Shown here piece by piece: positions 49,486 through 59,192 of a stretch of DNA of 64,000 bases (positions within the stretch are counted from its first letter, which is position 1; each line of letters begins with the position of its first letter). This DNA is from Gammaproteobacteria bacterium. Lineage in GTDB: Bacteria > Pseudomonadota > Gammaproteobacteria > GRL18. Position numbers and translations under genes: made by a program. The notes below the pieces were generated by a model. The model was given only the letters and a program-made list of their open reading frames with translations, made no database searches and was not told where the DNA came from. The DNA is taken from NCBI GenBank assembly GCA_016744375.1, contig JADGEM010000011.1, positions 6,409-70,408 on the forward strand. The letters run 5' to 3'.

Positions 49486-51786
49486 TTATAAGGCCTGACC
49501 TGTTTTATGGTAAAAGATCACAATCAATGCAGGAAGTAGAATCAAGTCAAAGATCAATGCAATAAAGAGACCTATGGCTGTCAATAGGCCAAAATGTGAA
49601 ATGGGCACAAAATCAGCAGTCGCCACCAGAAGGAACTGGGCGCAGAGAATCATTGTGGTCACAACGATAGCACGGCCAGTTTTATAATAACTTTGCACCA
49701 GAGCATAAAGAACACTGCAGCCGCTATCCAGCCTTTTTTTATAACCATAAAGAAGATGGACAGTGTCATCAACAGCAATACCAATTGCAACGCTGGCAAT
49801 CATTGCAGTGGCCATATCTAACCAGATACCAAAAATTCCCATAAAGATAAAAATGGCGGCAATGGGTGATAAATTTGGCAGCATACTGAGTACAGCAATT
49901 GATAGGCTTTTCCATAGATAGAGCATAATTAAAAAGATCATTAAAACTGCAACCAGCAGACTGTCTATCTGACCCGAAATTAATAATCGGTCTTGATCAG
50001 CAAACAAACGTCCTTCACCACCCACAGCCCAGGTCATTCCAGAAATATTATCCTGCAGATAGTTTTCAATTCGTTCAATAACAGTTCGTATATTTCTTGA
50101 GTTATGCTCATGCAAACTGATCACAATTCGAGTTTTGTTAAATTCTCTATCAACCAGCTCATAAACTTCATCCCCATCATAAATAAAAAAATACTGACTG
50201 ATCAATGGATCATTATCCGGTAATTTTAAAAATGCCGGATCGTTATAATTCATCGCACGGTGCATATCCTCAAGAAAATCAACCAGGGAGATAGCTCGAT
50301 CAATCTCAGGCTGCTGCACAAGCCAATTGCTTAATTGCTCAATTTGTTCCAGGTTTTTCAGTTTTTTTAAACTATCCCGCGCATCACCCGTTAAAACCAC
50401 TTCCAGCGGCATAACCCCTGTGAGTTTATCTTCGACTAATTGTGTGTTTTCTGTAACAAAGTGTCCTTCTGGAAAAAATTTGAGTAAATTGGTTTCAGCA
50501 TTTACCTTTAAAATAAACGGGCCGCCAATAACAAGAAGCAATAGCACAAATGCTAATGCCCAGCCTGCCCTTCGGATTGACAGGGCAACAATTGACTTTA
50601 ATAATTTATCAAGCCAGTTGACTTTATGCTTTTGACTTGACCAATCATTTTTATCAAACTGAATGAATACTGGGGGAATAATAAATAGCACAAGAAAACA
50701 TAAGAGAGTCACACCAGATGCTGCAATCAAACCAAAATGTCCAATCGGCAGAATAGGGCTCGCTGATAATGAAGCCAGCCCCAGCACTGTGGTTAATGCC
50801 GTGAAAAAAACCGGTTTTTTAACCTGCTTTAAAGCAAAGCTAACTCGTTTTTTACCCTGATAATGGTAGGAAGAAGCCAGCTTTAGATAACTATAAAAGT
50901 GAATTAAAAATGCGGTGGTCAAAGAAGCCAGCATGGGTGCTAACATTGATGCAATCATGGTATAAGGCACAGAAAAAACGACAAAAAGCAGCATCGCTGA
51001 ACTCACCACTGCACCCGTTGTGATCCCAGCAACAAGCACAGCGAGGCCCTGTCTGAAAATAAGCCAGATAAATAACAAGCCGACAATGACCGTCCCGGGA
51101 ACAAACTTAATGGTATCTCTGACCGTTGAACGAAATTGCTCAATCTCCACCACAACGGGCCCGGCCCGTGCAATCACATGATCGATTATATTATTTTTTG
51201 TCAGTATCTCGTCTACTCGCACCATTAAATCAATTCGCTCAATGGTTGAGTGAATTTTTTCAGGGCGTATCATGATAGCCATATAATGAGGCGTATGACT
51301 GACAGTCATCCCGCTGGCAATTCGATCAGATTGTGCAAACTGATATCTCGCCAGTGCCTTGCTTATTTCATCTCGTTTTTCTTTGCCTAATAATTCTGAG
51401 ACCTCAAAACCATCTTCTGTCCCTTCAATATGTTCCATTTCTGTGACACTGACAACTCTTTCAACGTTAGGCTCACGCTTTAACTCCTGAGTGACGCGAT
51501 GCAAGCGTTCAAGAAACTGATCACTGTATAAATCATCGCCCTGAAATAAGATTATGGCATTTTGATCACCGGGAAAAATTTCTTCTAAGTCCTTTTTTAA
51601 AACAACACCCGCCTGATCAGGTGGCAAATAGACCTCTGGCGCATTATCAAAAACGATTTGGGTTAGAAACAGGGAAGGAAGGACATTAAGTAAAATCAGT
51701 AACAAAAAGGGCGGGAAAGTAAGGTATCTCAACATACGCTTTAGCAATGAAGATTTCAGCTCTGAGCTCAAAACTGACCTCTCCAC
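49486..51786 (-). CDS. MMPL/RND-family inner-membrane transporter
   Basis: Two MMPL repeats (about 12 TM plus two periplasmic domains) and GIAVDDTVH in repeat 2. The true start may be the TTG at 51771 overlapping the upstream TGA. Confidence 0.9.
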   Translation of the reverse strand: MERSVLSSELKSSLLKRMLRYLTFPPFLLLILLNVLPSLFLTQIVFDNAPEVYLPPDQAGVVLKKDLEEIFPGDQNAIILFQGDDLYSDQFLERLHRVTQELKREPNVERVVSVTEMEHIEGTEDGFEVSELLGKEKRDEISKALARYQFAQSDRIASGMTVSHTPHYMAIMIRPEKIHSTIERIDLMVRVDEILTKNNIIDHVIARAGPVVVEIEQFRSTVRDTIKFVPGTVIVGLLFIWLIFRQGLAVLVAGITTGAVVSSAMLLFVVFSVPYTMIASMLAPMLASLTTAFLIHFYSYLKLASSYHYQGKKRVSFALKQVKKPVFFTALTTVLGLASLSASPILPIGHFGLIAASGVTLLCFLVLFIIPPVFIQFDKNDWSSQKHKVNWLDKLLKSIVALSIRRAGWALAFVLLLLVIGGPFILKVNAETNLLKFFPEGHFVTENTQLVEDKLTGVMPLEVVLTGDARDSLKKLKNLEQIEQLSNWLVQQPEIDRAISLVDFLEDMHRAMNYNDPAFLKLPDNDPLISQYFFIYDGDEVYELVDREFNKTRIVISLHEHNSRNIRTVIERIENYLQDNISGMTWAVGGEGRLFADQDRLLISGQIDSLLVAVLMIFLIMLYLWKSLSIAVLSMLPNLSPIAAIFIFMGIFGIWLDMATAMIASVAIGIAVDDTVHLLYGYKKRLDSGCSVLYALVQSYYKTGRAIVVTTMILCAQFLLVATADFVPISHFGLLTAIGLFIALIFDLILLPALIVIFYHKTGQAL

Positions 51787-53732
51787 CCGAAAGTCACCAT
51801 CGTATTATTTTCATAAAAACCACCCAGAGTATTATCATTACCATCCAGATAATGAATGGCGGAATACATTTCAAAGGGTTCCCAGCCAAGATAGGCTACT
51901 TCGGGTGAAATGTAGATGTCTTTTTCATCAAGGCCAAGATTAAAACGACCACTCAGCTTCCAGCGGTTATTGGAAAACAGTGTTTCAACTTCACCGCTTA
52001 AGTTAACAATATTATCTCGATCGATAATTTTTTCTTTTTCGTCAATATGAGAACCCGACAATTGAAGATTTACCCGAGTATCACCATCACCCGGATAAAA
52101 TTCTGCGCCACCGGCCCATTTTAACCCATCATAGGTCTCATATTGAAGGCGACTGGTGGTAGCAGGCAAATCAGAAAACCAGGCGGCTTCAAATCGAAGT
52201 AAAAAATACCCAGCCTGAAATTCTGTATCGCCGCCAATCACCCAGCTTCTTGGATGTTTCTCTATCAGCGCATATTTCTCCTGATTCATCAGTGCCGGAT
52301 TAGCAACAATCGTAGGATTGATCTGATAATAAGGGGTAGAAAGTTTAACTCTCTGAACGGTTAAATCAAAGTCCATGGAGTTAAGAGTGGTACTATAACG
52401 AATACCAAAACCACCATCCGTTTCATTGATATCATCATCAATTTTACCATTTTGCAACAACGTCTTTAATAAGGGGGTGGAACCAAAACCCAGGATCGCA
52501 CCTTCTTCAATGTTAACCGGATACCAGACATTTTCTTTATCGGACAACTCCGCTTCTCTGAAGTAGGGTAAATAGACAACATCTAACTTACCATTGTCAA
52601 AGAAAAATTCTCCTCGAACAATTGGGGCCGAACGGTAAGCTTCACCCCATTCAAATAACACCCCCCTGCTCATATCCAGCGAAGAAACATTATCTGTAGG
52701 TGAAAACGTATCCATTTTACCCCAGCGAACCGTATCAGAACCGACCGTTAAACGCATGGATTGATCACGATAGCGCAAAAAGTTGTTGCCATAATCAAGA
52801 TTTAGTTCATCATTATCAGCACCTTTATCACCATGTTGATAATTGCCATCAAGTCGGGCAGCAATCTGGACTTCCCAATTGCTTGATAACTGCCATTTTG
52901 CATGAGCTGATGCATTGATGTATTCAACATGATCCACTGAAGAAGATGATCGGGTAAATAATTCGGTTTCCAGCTGTATTTTATCTACAGCCCACTCAAA
53001 ATTATCGCCAGTGCCTTCATCGTCATCTTCAATTGACATTTCATAGGTGATGTCAGAAGAATCAGACATCACAACAATCATAACCTCATCATCAAGCTCA
53101 ATATTTTCTTCTTGAGTGGCTAATACAGACTCTTTTTCAACTGTACTTTCAATAGCAGGCTTCGACATAAGCGTTGCCGGGGCTAGTATGTCAGATTTTT
53201 TTACAATTGCTTCTGGAGCGGGTGCTTTATCAGGGAGGCTTTTATTTACAACTGCCGGCTTCATGAGTGAAGATGGCTTAGGTCGTTCAAATTTGGGAGC
53301 AGGAGGTTCACGCAGCATAACGATATAGCGGACTAGTTTAATCTTATCAGTATGCACTTTAACATTTTTCATACCCAGGCGACGCAGCCGATTAAATGTT
53401 TTACCAATACTTTTTTTACTTAATGATTGACGAACAATAATTGAATAGCCTCGTTCATAGCGTCCCTTAACCACTTCAAGCCCGGAAAAACCTTGTTTAT
53501 CAATTAATTGTGCCTGTTTAAAGGCATTGCCCCATTGTGTATGCCCTTTTAATAATACGGTATAACGTTGTTTTTGCTGCTTTTGAACGGTTAAGTTACT
53601 CCGTTTACCCCGTGCTTCCTGCTCCTGTATAAAACGATCGGCTCGTTCTTTGGTCGAAAATTCATAGGGTTGCACTGCATATAAAGGCTGTAAAAAAAAC
53701 AGACATGACAAACTTATCAGATACTTAAACAT
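51768..53732 (-). CDS. Outer-membrane beta-barrel (DUF1302-like) with N-terminal SPOR-like domain and Pro-rich/acidic linker
   Basis: Signal peptide; two basic beta-alpha-beta repeats (YTVLLKG..AQLIDKQGF; YSIIVR..NRLRRLGM); PAP linker; TVRWGK, DVVYLPYF and C-terminal GWRGQF. Confidence 0.65.
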   Translation of the reverse strand: MFKYLISLSCLFFLQPLYAVQPYEFSTKERADRFIQEQEARGKRSNLTVQKQQKQRYTVLLKGHTQWGNAFKQAQLIDKQGFSGLEVVKGRYERGYSIIVRQSLSKKSIGKTFNRLRRLGMKNVKVHTDKIKLVRYIVMLREPPAPKFERPKPSSLMKPAVVNKSLPDKAPAPEAIVKKSDILAPATLMSKPAIESTVEKESVLATQEENIELDDEVMIVVMSDSSDITYEMSIEDDDEGTGDNFEWAVDKIQLETELFTRSSSSVDHVEYINASAHAKWQLSSNWEVQIAARLDGNYQHGDKGADNDELNLDYGNNFLRYRDQSMRLTVGSDTVRWGKMDTFSPTDNVSSLDMSRGVLFEWGEAYRSAPIVRGEFFFDNGKLDVVYLPYFREAELSDKENVWYPVNIEEGAILGFGSTPLLKTLLQNGKIDDDINETDGGFGIRYSTTLNSMDFDLTVQRVKLSTPYYQINPTIVANPALMNQEKYALIEKHPRSWVIGGDTEFQAGYFLLRFEAAWFSDLPATTSRLQYETYDGLKWAGGAEFYPGDGDTRVNLQLSGSHIDEKEKIIDRDNIVNLSGEVETLFSNNRWKLSGRFNLGLDEKDIYISPEVAYLGWEPFEMYSAIHYLDGNDNTLGGFYENNTMVTFGWRGQF

Positions 53733-53735
53733 CTG

Positions 53736-54557
53736 TTACTTCCTTGATAACTGTTTAACAATATCTTTTTCACGCAGAGGATCTTCCAGATATTTTTGTG
53801 TAAATAATTCTGACGGTATGCTTTGATCATACAGAATTTCATTGGTTTGAATATGGGTTTCATGATGTGATTTTAAGTCCTGTGTGACGGCTTTTAAAAT
53901 CGTCCAGAATCCCTGTTTTTTCCCAACCTGCTTAACCAGGCTACGTTTCACTGGTTTACTCTCACCATTCTGATAAAAATCAATACGTAAAGGAATCAAT
54001 GACTTAACATGTATCCAGCTGACCCGTTTATCATAAACCGAATTGCCCTTAGAACTTGGTATGCTTTCAAGAACAATCGTCTCCATGCCGTTTAGCTTTT
54101 CTTTTTTTACAATACGATGCGTATCTTCACTCACCCTGCGATCACGTAAATCTTCATAAAAGATATCAGAGCCAACAAAACGCCCCCCCTTTCTTTTTGA
54201 TGAAATCCGACGAGATTTTTTAACTGCGGGAAGAAATATCCATTGATCAGAGTCCTTATCCGAATAATAGTCAATGGTCAGCAAACCGGTATTCTTAATA
54301 TCCTGAGGTTTTTTAAAGCGTATTAATGAAAGTGTATTGCCATTGGGATCGTCCAGGCGAAAGCTATTCATCTGGCGTAATCTTGGTTTGTGGCCTTTTT
54401 CAACAAGCGCCATAATGCCAACAGAATAGGCGTTATCACCATCAGGGCGGTTTGATACCGCAGTCGCCAGCTCAAATCCAGAATCATAAGAATGGCAAAC
54501 AATAGGAAATAAAAAGGTGCTGACTATAAAAGTTATTGGATACTTGAACTTATACAT
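53736..54557 (-). CDS. LolA-like outer-membrane lipoprotein-sorting protein
   Basis: DIKNTGLL, DQWIFLPAVKKSRRIS and FVGSDIFYEDL; signal peptide. Confidence 0.88.
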   Translation of the reverse strand: MYKFKYPITFIVSTFLFPIVCHSYDSGFELATAVSNRPDGDNAYSVGIMALVEKGHKPRLRQMNSFRLDDPNGNTLSLIRFKKPQDIKNTGLLTIDYYSDKDSDQWIFLPAVKKSRRISSKRKGGRFVGSDIFYEDLRDRRVSEDTHRIVKKEKLNGMETIVLESIPSSKGNSVYDKRVSWIHVKSLIPLRIDFYQNGESKPVKRSLVKQVGKKQGFWTILKAVTQDLKSHHETHIQTNEILYDQSIPSELFTQKYLEDPLREKDIVKQLSRK

Positions 54558-54729
54558 GGTTGAAGCCTTACGAGCAACCCCCTCAATCCCTCTTTCTAAT
54601 CAAGGAGGAATTTAAGAGCCTGGATAAACGGATGAGCGGATGAGCGCTGTTAAATATACTTAAGTTTAGTATAGATTTGGTTTTTTTGTAAGACAAGGAA
54701 AAAAACCTGCCCCGCCACCCTATAATTAT

Positions 54730-54746
54730 CGTCAGAATTCTTTACA
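54730..54746. promoter_or_regulatory. Candidate upstream activator site for a sigma-54 enhancer-binding protein (PrsR-type)
   Basis: CGTCAG-N5-TTTACA imperfect dyad about 90-105 bp upstream of the inferred start site; AT-rich tract in between. Confidence 0.4.
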
Positions 54747-54809
54747 ATATAAGATATAAAACTTTTAATAATTTTTTTATCTTATTGTATTATTTGAATA
54801 TTTTAAATA

Positions 54810-54825
54810 TGGCCTGGTATTTGCT
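54810..54825 (+). promoter_or_regulatory. Sigma-54 (-24/-12) promoter of the PEP-CTERM gene
   Basis: TGGCCTG-GTAT-TTGCT with exact GG-N10-GC spacing, about 100 bp upstream of an AGGAG RBS. Confidence 0.75.
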
Positions 54826-54926
54826 TTATTTTAAATAGAGTATAAATTTGTCAAACAAGTTGTATCAATGTTTATTATATTTATTTAAGTTCAGCTTACC
54901 TTATAAGAAGACCAGGAGTTATTAAA

Positions 54927-55775
54927 ATGAAACTTTCTTTCGCAACAAAATCAATCGCTGCCGGCGTTGTTTTGCTTTTTGCAAGCAATGTTAGCGCCGA
55001 TGTTATTACGGACTGGTCATTTGACCTTAATTCAGGCTTTACCGCATGGGAAGATACTGAAGGTGCTGGTACAATAACAGCAACCGACCCAGTTGACATA
55101 ATCCCAGGTGGAATTTCTGATGACGGTTATGCCAAGTTAGCATGGGGTCATACACGTAGTCCTTTATATCAGCAGAGTAATCTCGAAGTGAATACTCCCA
55201 TTATTGCTGATCGCTCAATTGCATTATCAGACGTGGGCGGAGGTCTCTACTCATCTGCTATCACTGATGGAACCTTACTCACTCATAATAACTGGACAAT
55301 TGGTACTGGCATAGAAAATGGTACAGCAAAATGGTCTTTGGGGTCTGCCACTTTAACTGATTACTTTCAGTTAAAATCTCCAGGTCACGATCAGGCTGCA
55401 CGTCTTGATCCATTTAACATTGAGTTTACAGAAACGTTGAATGCAGCAACTTGCTTCCCAGGTGCAGCAACTGCTTGTGATGATATTTTTGTTATTACTA
55501 ATCCAGAAGCTTTAACTCAGTCATTTATTATTGATGATTATTCTTATTCACTGACTATCTTTGCTTTAGGTGTTGGTGTATTAGATGATGCGATTTGTGG
55601 TATGGCTGGAGTAGCTAACGGATGTTTTGGTCTGACTACACCTGAAGGTGAAGACAGCCCAGTTCAGTTCAAACTTCTGTTAACTGCCAGAAATGTACCT
55701 GAGCCTGCTTCTCTTGCTCTATTAGGCCTGGGACTTGTTGGTTTTGGTTTTGGTCGTCGTAAAATGAAGGCTTAA
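54927..55775 (+). CDS. THxN-family PEP-CTERM surface protein
   Basis: Signal peptide (ASA-D), LTHNN motif, Thr/Ser/Asp-rich body with two Cys pairs, and C-terminal VPEPASLALLGLGLVGFGFGRRK. Confidence 0.95.
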   Translation: MKLSFATKSIAAGVVLLFASNVSADVITDWSFDLNSGFTAWEDTEGAGTITATDPVDIIPGGISDDGYAKLAWGHTRSPLYQQSNLEVNTPIIADRSIALSDVGGGLYSSAITDGTLLTHNNWTIGTGIENGTAKWSLGSATLTDYFQLKSPGHDQAARLDPFNIEFTETLNAATCFPGAATACDDIFVITNPEALTQSFIIDDYSYSLTIFALGVGVLDDAICGMAGVANGCFGLTTPEGEDSPVQFKLLLTARNVPEPASLALLGLGLVGFGFGRRKMKA

Positions 55776-55834
55776 TTATTTGCAAATCTATCTACTTCTA
55801 AGATAGTTTAGCAAAATAATTTAAGCGTGATTCC

Positions 55835-55864
55835 AAAAAACCCAGCTTTTTAGCTGGGTTTTTT
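55835..55864. terminator. Intrinsic (potentially bidirectional) terminator
   Basis: AAAAAACCCAGCT-TTTT-AGCTGGGTTTTTT perfect hairpin with A/T tracts, 60 bp after the PEP-CTERM stop. Confidence 0.9.
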
Positions 55865-55910
55865 GTTACACTCTATTTTATTACACTTTGCTAAGGGGCT
55901 ATAATCTATT

Positions 55911-56990
55911 ATGAATTCAATATTACATTTTCTTGCTTCTTCTATTCATCAATCCCCTTCTGCAGATAACTATCAACCCTGGCTCATAAAATGGGATGAG
56001 AAGACTCTCACAGTCACTTATGACTCAGGACGAGTTAAAGATCAGACTTTTCCTCCTGAGAATCCAGCTACTCTACTCACTATTGGTGCAACACTGGAAA
56101 ATATTAAACAGGCAGCCACAGCCATCGGGCTCGAGCTAAACTTGCAAATACCACAAGAATTAGACTTGTCAGAGCTCATTTACTACCATGCTGACATTAA
56201 TACCCCACATAAAGAAATAAGTCTGTCAAAAAAATCAATCCCTTTATTTAACCGCCATACTAATCGCCTGGCCTATAAAAAAAGCCCCTTATCTCCAGAT
56301 ATTATAAAAATGTTAAGCGATCAGGAGCAAGGCCCTGCACGGGTTGTTATTTTTGAGCATAAAAATGAGATTCAGGAGATTGCACAAGTTGTCAAAAAAG
56401 CATCCGAAATTCGATTTCAGACGGAAGAAGTTCATGAATGGTTAGGGAAAAGCCTTCGCTTTAGTGATGAAGGTGGCTCTAATGGTAAAACTGGAGATGG
56501 ACTAGACACTCGAACTTTAGATCTGCCTCCAGGTGGTCAGTTGTTTTTACACTTGATAAAAAGCTGGAGTCGGATGAAGTTATTAAATAAGATTGGTGCT
56601 TATAAACTTCTTTCAATTATTGATTCAGCACCAATACAACAGGCACCTTGTCTGGTGGCCATTATTGGTCCAACAAAATTCCAGGACATACTTGCTGCGG
56701 GCCAATTAATGACTCGTGTCTGGATAGAGCTGAATAATCATGGCATTGCCGCACACCCCTATTTTGTTATATCGGATCAACTCCATCGTCGTGAAGCCAA
56801 TCTTATACCTGATGAATTAACAGAACTGGCAGATTCTATACACCAATCTTCTCAAAAAATATTCCATCTGAAGGAAGGTGAAACCATTCAGATGCTTTTA
56901 AGAGTCGGATACCCCAAGAAAATACCTATTCCATCTAAGCGACTGAAGTTAAATAAAGTCTGCACAGGTTTTGAAATAAAAGAAAACTAA
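55911..56990 (+). CDS. Nitroreductase-like (Acg-type, two-lobed FMN-binding) oxidoreductase
   Basis: SPSADNYQPW, RHTNRLAY, AGQLMTRVW..GIAAHP and MLLRVGY. Confidence 0.8.
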   Translation: MNSILHFLASSIHQSPSADNYQPWLIKWDEKTLTVTYDSGRVKDQTFPPENPATLLTIGATLENIKQAATAIGLELNLQIPQELDLSELIYYHADINTPHKEISLSKKSIPLFNRHTNRLAYKKSPLSPDIIKMLSDQEQGPARVVIFEHKNEIQEIAQVVKKASEIRFQTEEVHEWLGKSLRFSDEGGSNGKTGDGLDTRTLDLPPGGQLFLHLIKSWSRMKLLNKIGAYKLLSIIDSAPIQQAPCLVAIIGPTKFQDILAAGQLMTRVWIELNNHGIAAHPYFVISDQLHRREANLIPDELTELADSIHQSSQKIFHLKEGETIQMLLRVGYPKKIPIPSKRLKLNKVCTGFEIKEN

Positions 56991-57007
56991 TTACAGCAAG
57001 TGAGTAC

Positions 57008-57889
57008 TCATCCAGATTTTGCCTGTTTAGCCTTCATTAATTGCTTTTTAGCTATGTATAAACCCAGGCGTTGAATCGGATTACTATTACCCCATGGTCG
57101 CCAGGTTGTCTTAAGTTTATTTTCAAAAACATCAAAATGGAGTCCCCAGGGAGCAGCTACTACTTTGCCTCGCTGCAGCAAAACCTTAAGGGCATAGGTT
57201 GCCGCCATACCTGCACAAAGATCGCAAGCCATTGGGGTTGACGGTCCTTTATGAGCATCAAGATCGATTCGGCTGTCATCAACTAAATAAGGCATTTGCA
57301 GCATAGAAGGTGATAAGCCCAGTAAGAAATGCAGTAATTGATCAAATTCTGACTTACCATCCATTTGAAAATACTCTTCGAATGACATCTTTCCGGGAAG
57401 AAAACATAATAAGGCTGACCCCATCCCCAATGGCGCAGCAGTAACCGCTGGAATTCCCTTCTCATGACAGGCAGCAAAAACTGCTTTGCGTGCATCTAAT
57501 GCAAAAAAATCCAGGCCATCAATGTAAAGATCAACGCCATTTAAAAAATCATCCAGATTTTCATTGTTCACACCCTCAGGATATTTTTTAAGATCAAGTT
57601 CAGGATTTATATCCTGTGCTAATTCCGCCATAACATCCACTTTTGTTCGATTAATGTGGCTTATTGAGGCACCCGCCTGACGATTAAAATTAGCCAATTC
57701 AAAAATATCTAAGTCCGATATATTAAATTTCCCAACCCCTAGGCGAGTCAGGGTGATCAGATGACTACCACCAACACCACCCAGACCAGCTATGGCAATA
57801 CGCTTATTGCGTAACAAGGCCTGTTCGGACTCAGTTACCCAGCCAATATTGCGTGAAAAAGCAGTCTCATAATCAAATGCTTTATCCAT
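57008..57889 (-). CDS. ThiF/MoeB/E1-family adenylyltransferase lacking the Zn-binding CxxC pairs
   Basis: AFSRNIGW, AGLGGVGG, DLDIFELANFNRQ and IDGLDFF. ATG at 57889 follows an AGGA RBS. Confidence 0.92.
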   Translation of the reverse strand: MDKAFDYETAFSRNIGWVTESEQALLRNKRIAIAGLGGVGGSHLITLTRLGVGKFNISDLDIFELANFNRQAGASISHINRTKVDVMAELAQDINPELDLKKYPEGVNNENLDDFLNGVDLYIDGLDFFALDARKAVFAACHEKGIPAVTAAPLGMGSALLCFLPGKMSFEEYFQMDGKSEFDQLLHFLLGLSPSMLQMPYLVDDSRIDLDAHKGPSTPMACDLCAGMAATYALKVLLQRGKVVAAPWGLHFDVFENKLKTTWRPWGNSNPIQRLGLYIAKKQLMKAKQAKSG

Positions 57890-57906
57890 AGTTATTTCCT
57901 TAAAGT

Positions 57907-58713
57907 TCAATCAATATAATTTAGATAGGGCTCTTTAATTTGAAGATAAATCCATTGATATAATTCGACCAATTCAGGACGCATATTATCCAATGCTGAC
58001 TGTGTCGTACAAAAATAGGGCGCCCGAATACCATGATAATCAATATCCTTTCCTGCTTTTTGAAACAGAATGCCGGAACGCTTTAGAAGTCTTGGCAAAA
58101 ACGGCTCCATCATTGCAAACACATTGGTTCGTCCTGATAACTCTGTCAAAACAGTCGCCGCAAGGAAAGCGGCAATGGCAATCAATAAAAAAGTTCTTTG
58201 TTCTTCTTTGGTAAATTCCAGGTTAATATCACCAAAACGAGTCAATGCTTCACCAGAACGCTTTCTAAAGACACCATCAACCGCTAAACGAGAAATTTCA
58301 CATTGTGTTTCACGGTCAAGATTTAATTGTTTGATAAAATCCAAATCAAGACTTGTCGCACAGAACTTCTCAAATGGCAGGAGGTCAAACGGTGGTTGGG
58401 CCTTTGAATTAGCAGGCACCAGACGTACACAGGCTGCTGGAATTTTTGTAGAGATGTGGGTAATTAAACAGTGTAATGAGAAATCATCATATTCATCCTT
58501 TTCCATTTCATCAGGACAACTTTCAATGGTTTCAAATTTGAATTCTTTACAATAAACATTATAACGTATGTTATAAACTTTTCGTTTATCTTCAGGCGCA
58601 GTAATAAATTCAACGATAAAGTATTTTTTGAACAGTTCAACCATTGTCTGGTCTTTGTTACTTGTTGGCTCTTTATCCATTAGCTCTGTCTCAAGTTTAG
58701 AGTTTAATAGCAA
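57907..58713 (-). CDS. PEP-CTERM/exosortase-associated N-acyltransferase (ExoAT, TIGR03694-type; FeeM/LuxI-like GNAT)
   Basis: VYNIRYNVYCKE, EKDEYD, ACVRLV, EISRLAV..FRKR and AMMEPFL..LKRSGI..YHGIRAPY. The true start is probably the ATG at 58680 or 58644. Confidence 0.9.
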   Translation of the reverse strand: MLLNSKLETELMDKEPTSNKDQTMVELFKKYFIVEFITAPEDKRKVYNIRYNVYCKEFKFETIESCPDEMEKDEYDDFSLHCLITHISTKIPAACVRLVPANSKAQPPFDLLPFEKFCATSLDLDFIKQLNLDRETQCEISRLAVDGVFRKRSGEALTRFGDINLEFTKEEQRTFLLIAIAAFLAATVLTELSGRTNVFAMMEPFLPRLLKRSGILFQKAGKDIDYHGIRAPYFCTTQSALDNMRPELVELYQWIYLQIKEPYLNYID

Positions 58714-58718
58714 GGAGA

Positions 58719-59192
58719 TTATAAATGTTTCTCAATATCATGGGCTTTCAGTCCCCATGCAAATAAATCATTAACCCGGTGATTGGCACGATGCAGTCTG
58801 CCTATTAATATTTCAAACAAATCTTTGTAAAACAAATAGCCCTGTGTCGGGTGAGCATCAAGATAGATTCCTAGTTTTTCGCCATTGACTTCCACAAGAC
58901 TTCCGTCCGAGATTGCACGTACCGATGCGCTTCGGACCTGAGATTCATAGAGAGCAATTTCACCAAAGATATCACCAGGCTCAAGCTCCCAGATACCAGC
59001 CTGAATGTGTTTATTTCCTTCTAACTCAATATTGCCTGCAACCCTAAGTTTGCCTTCTTCAATAAAAAATAAAGCCCCTCCCTCTTCACCTTCTTCAACA
59101 ATTATTTCATTGTCACAAAACACCCGCCGCTGCCAAGCTGAATTCTCTGGAAAATGTGGATCACCCAAAATATCTTTCAGAATATTATTCAT
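58719..59192 (-). CDS. Stand-alone cyclic nucleotide-binding domain protein (no HTH)
   Basis: IVEEGEEG..LFFIEEG and phosphate-binding cassette FGEIAL..RSASVRA. Confidence 0.9.
   Translation of the reverse strand: MNNILKDILGDPHFPENSAWQRRVFCDNEIIVEEGEEGGALFFIEEGKLRVAGNIELEGNKHIQAGIWELEPGDIFGEIALYESQVRSASVRAISDGSLVEVNGEKLGIYLDAHPTQGYLFYKDLFEILIGRLHRANHRVNDLFAWGLKAHDIEKHL

Noticed and set aside
55911-57889. ThiF plus flavoprotein as a RiPP (azole/microcin C-like) or ubiquitin-like conjugation system
   Set aside because: No YcaO, precursor peptide, ThiS/MoaD-like protein, E2 or JAB gene nearby; the acyltransferase context fits small-molecule chemistry better.
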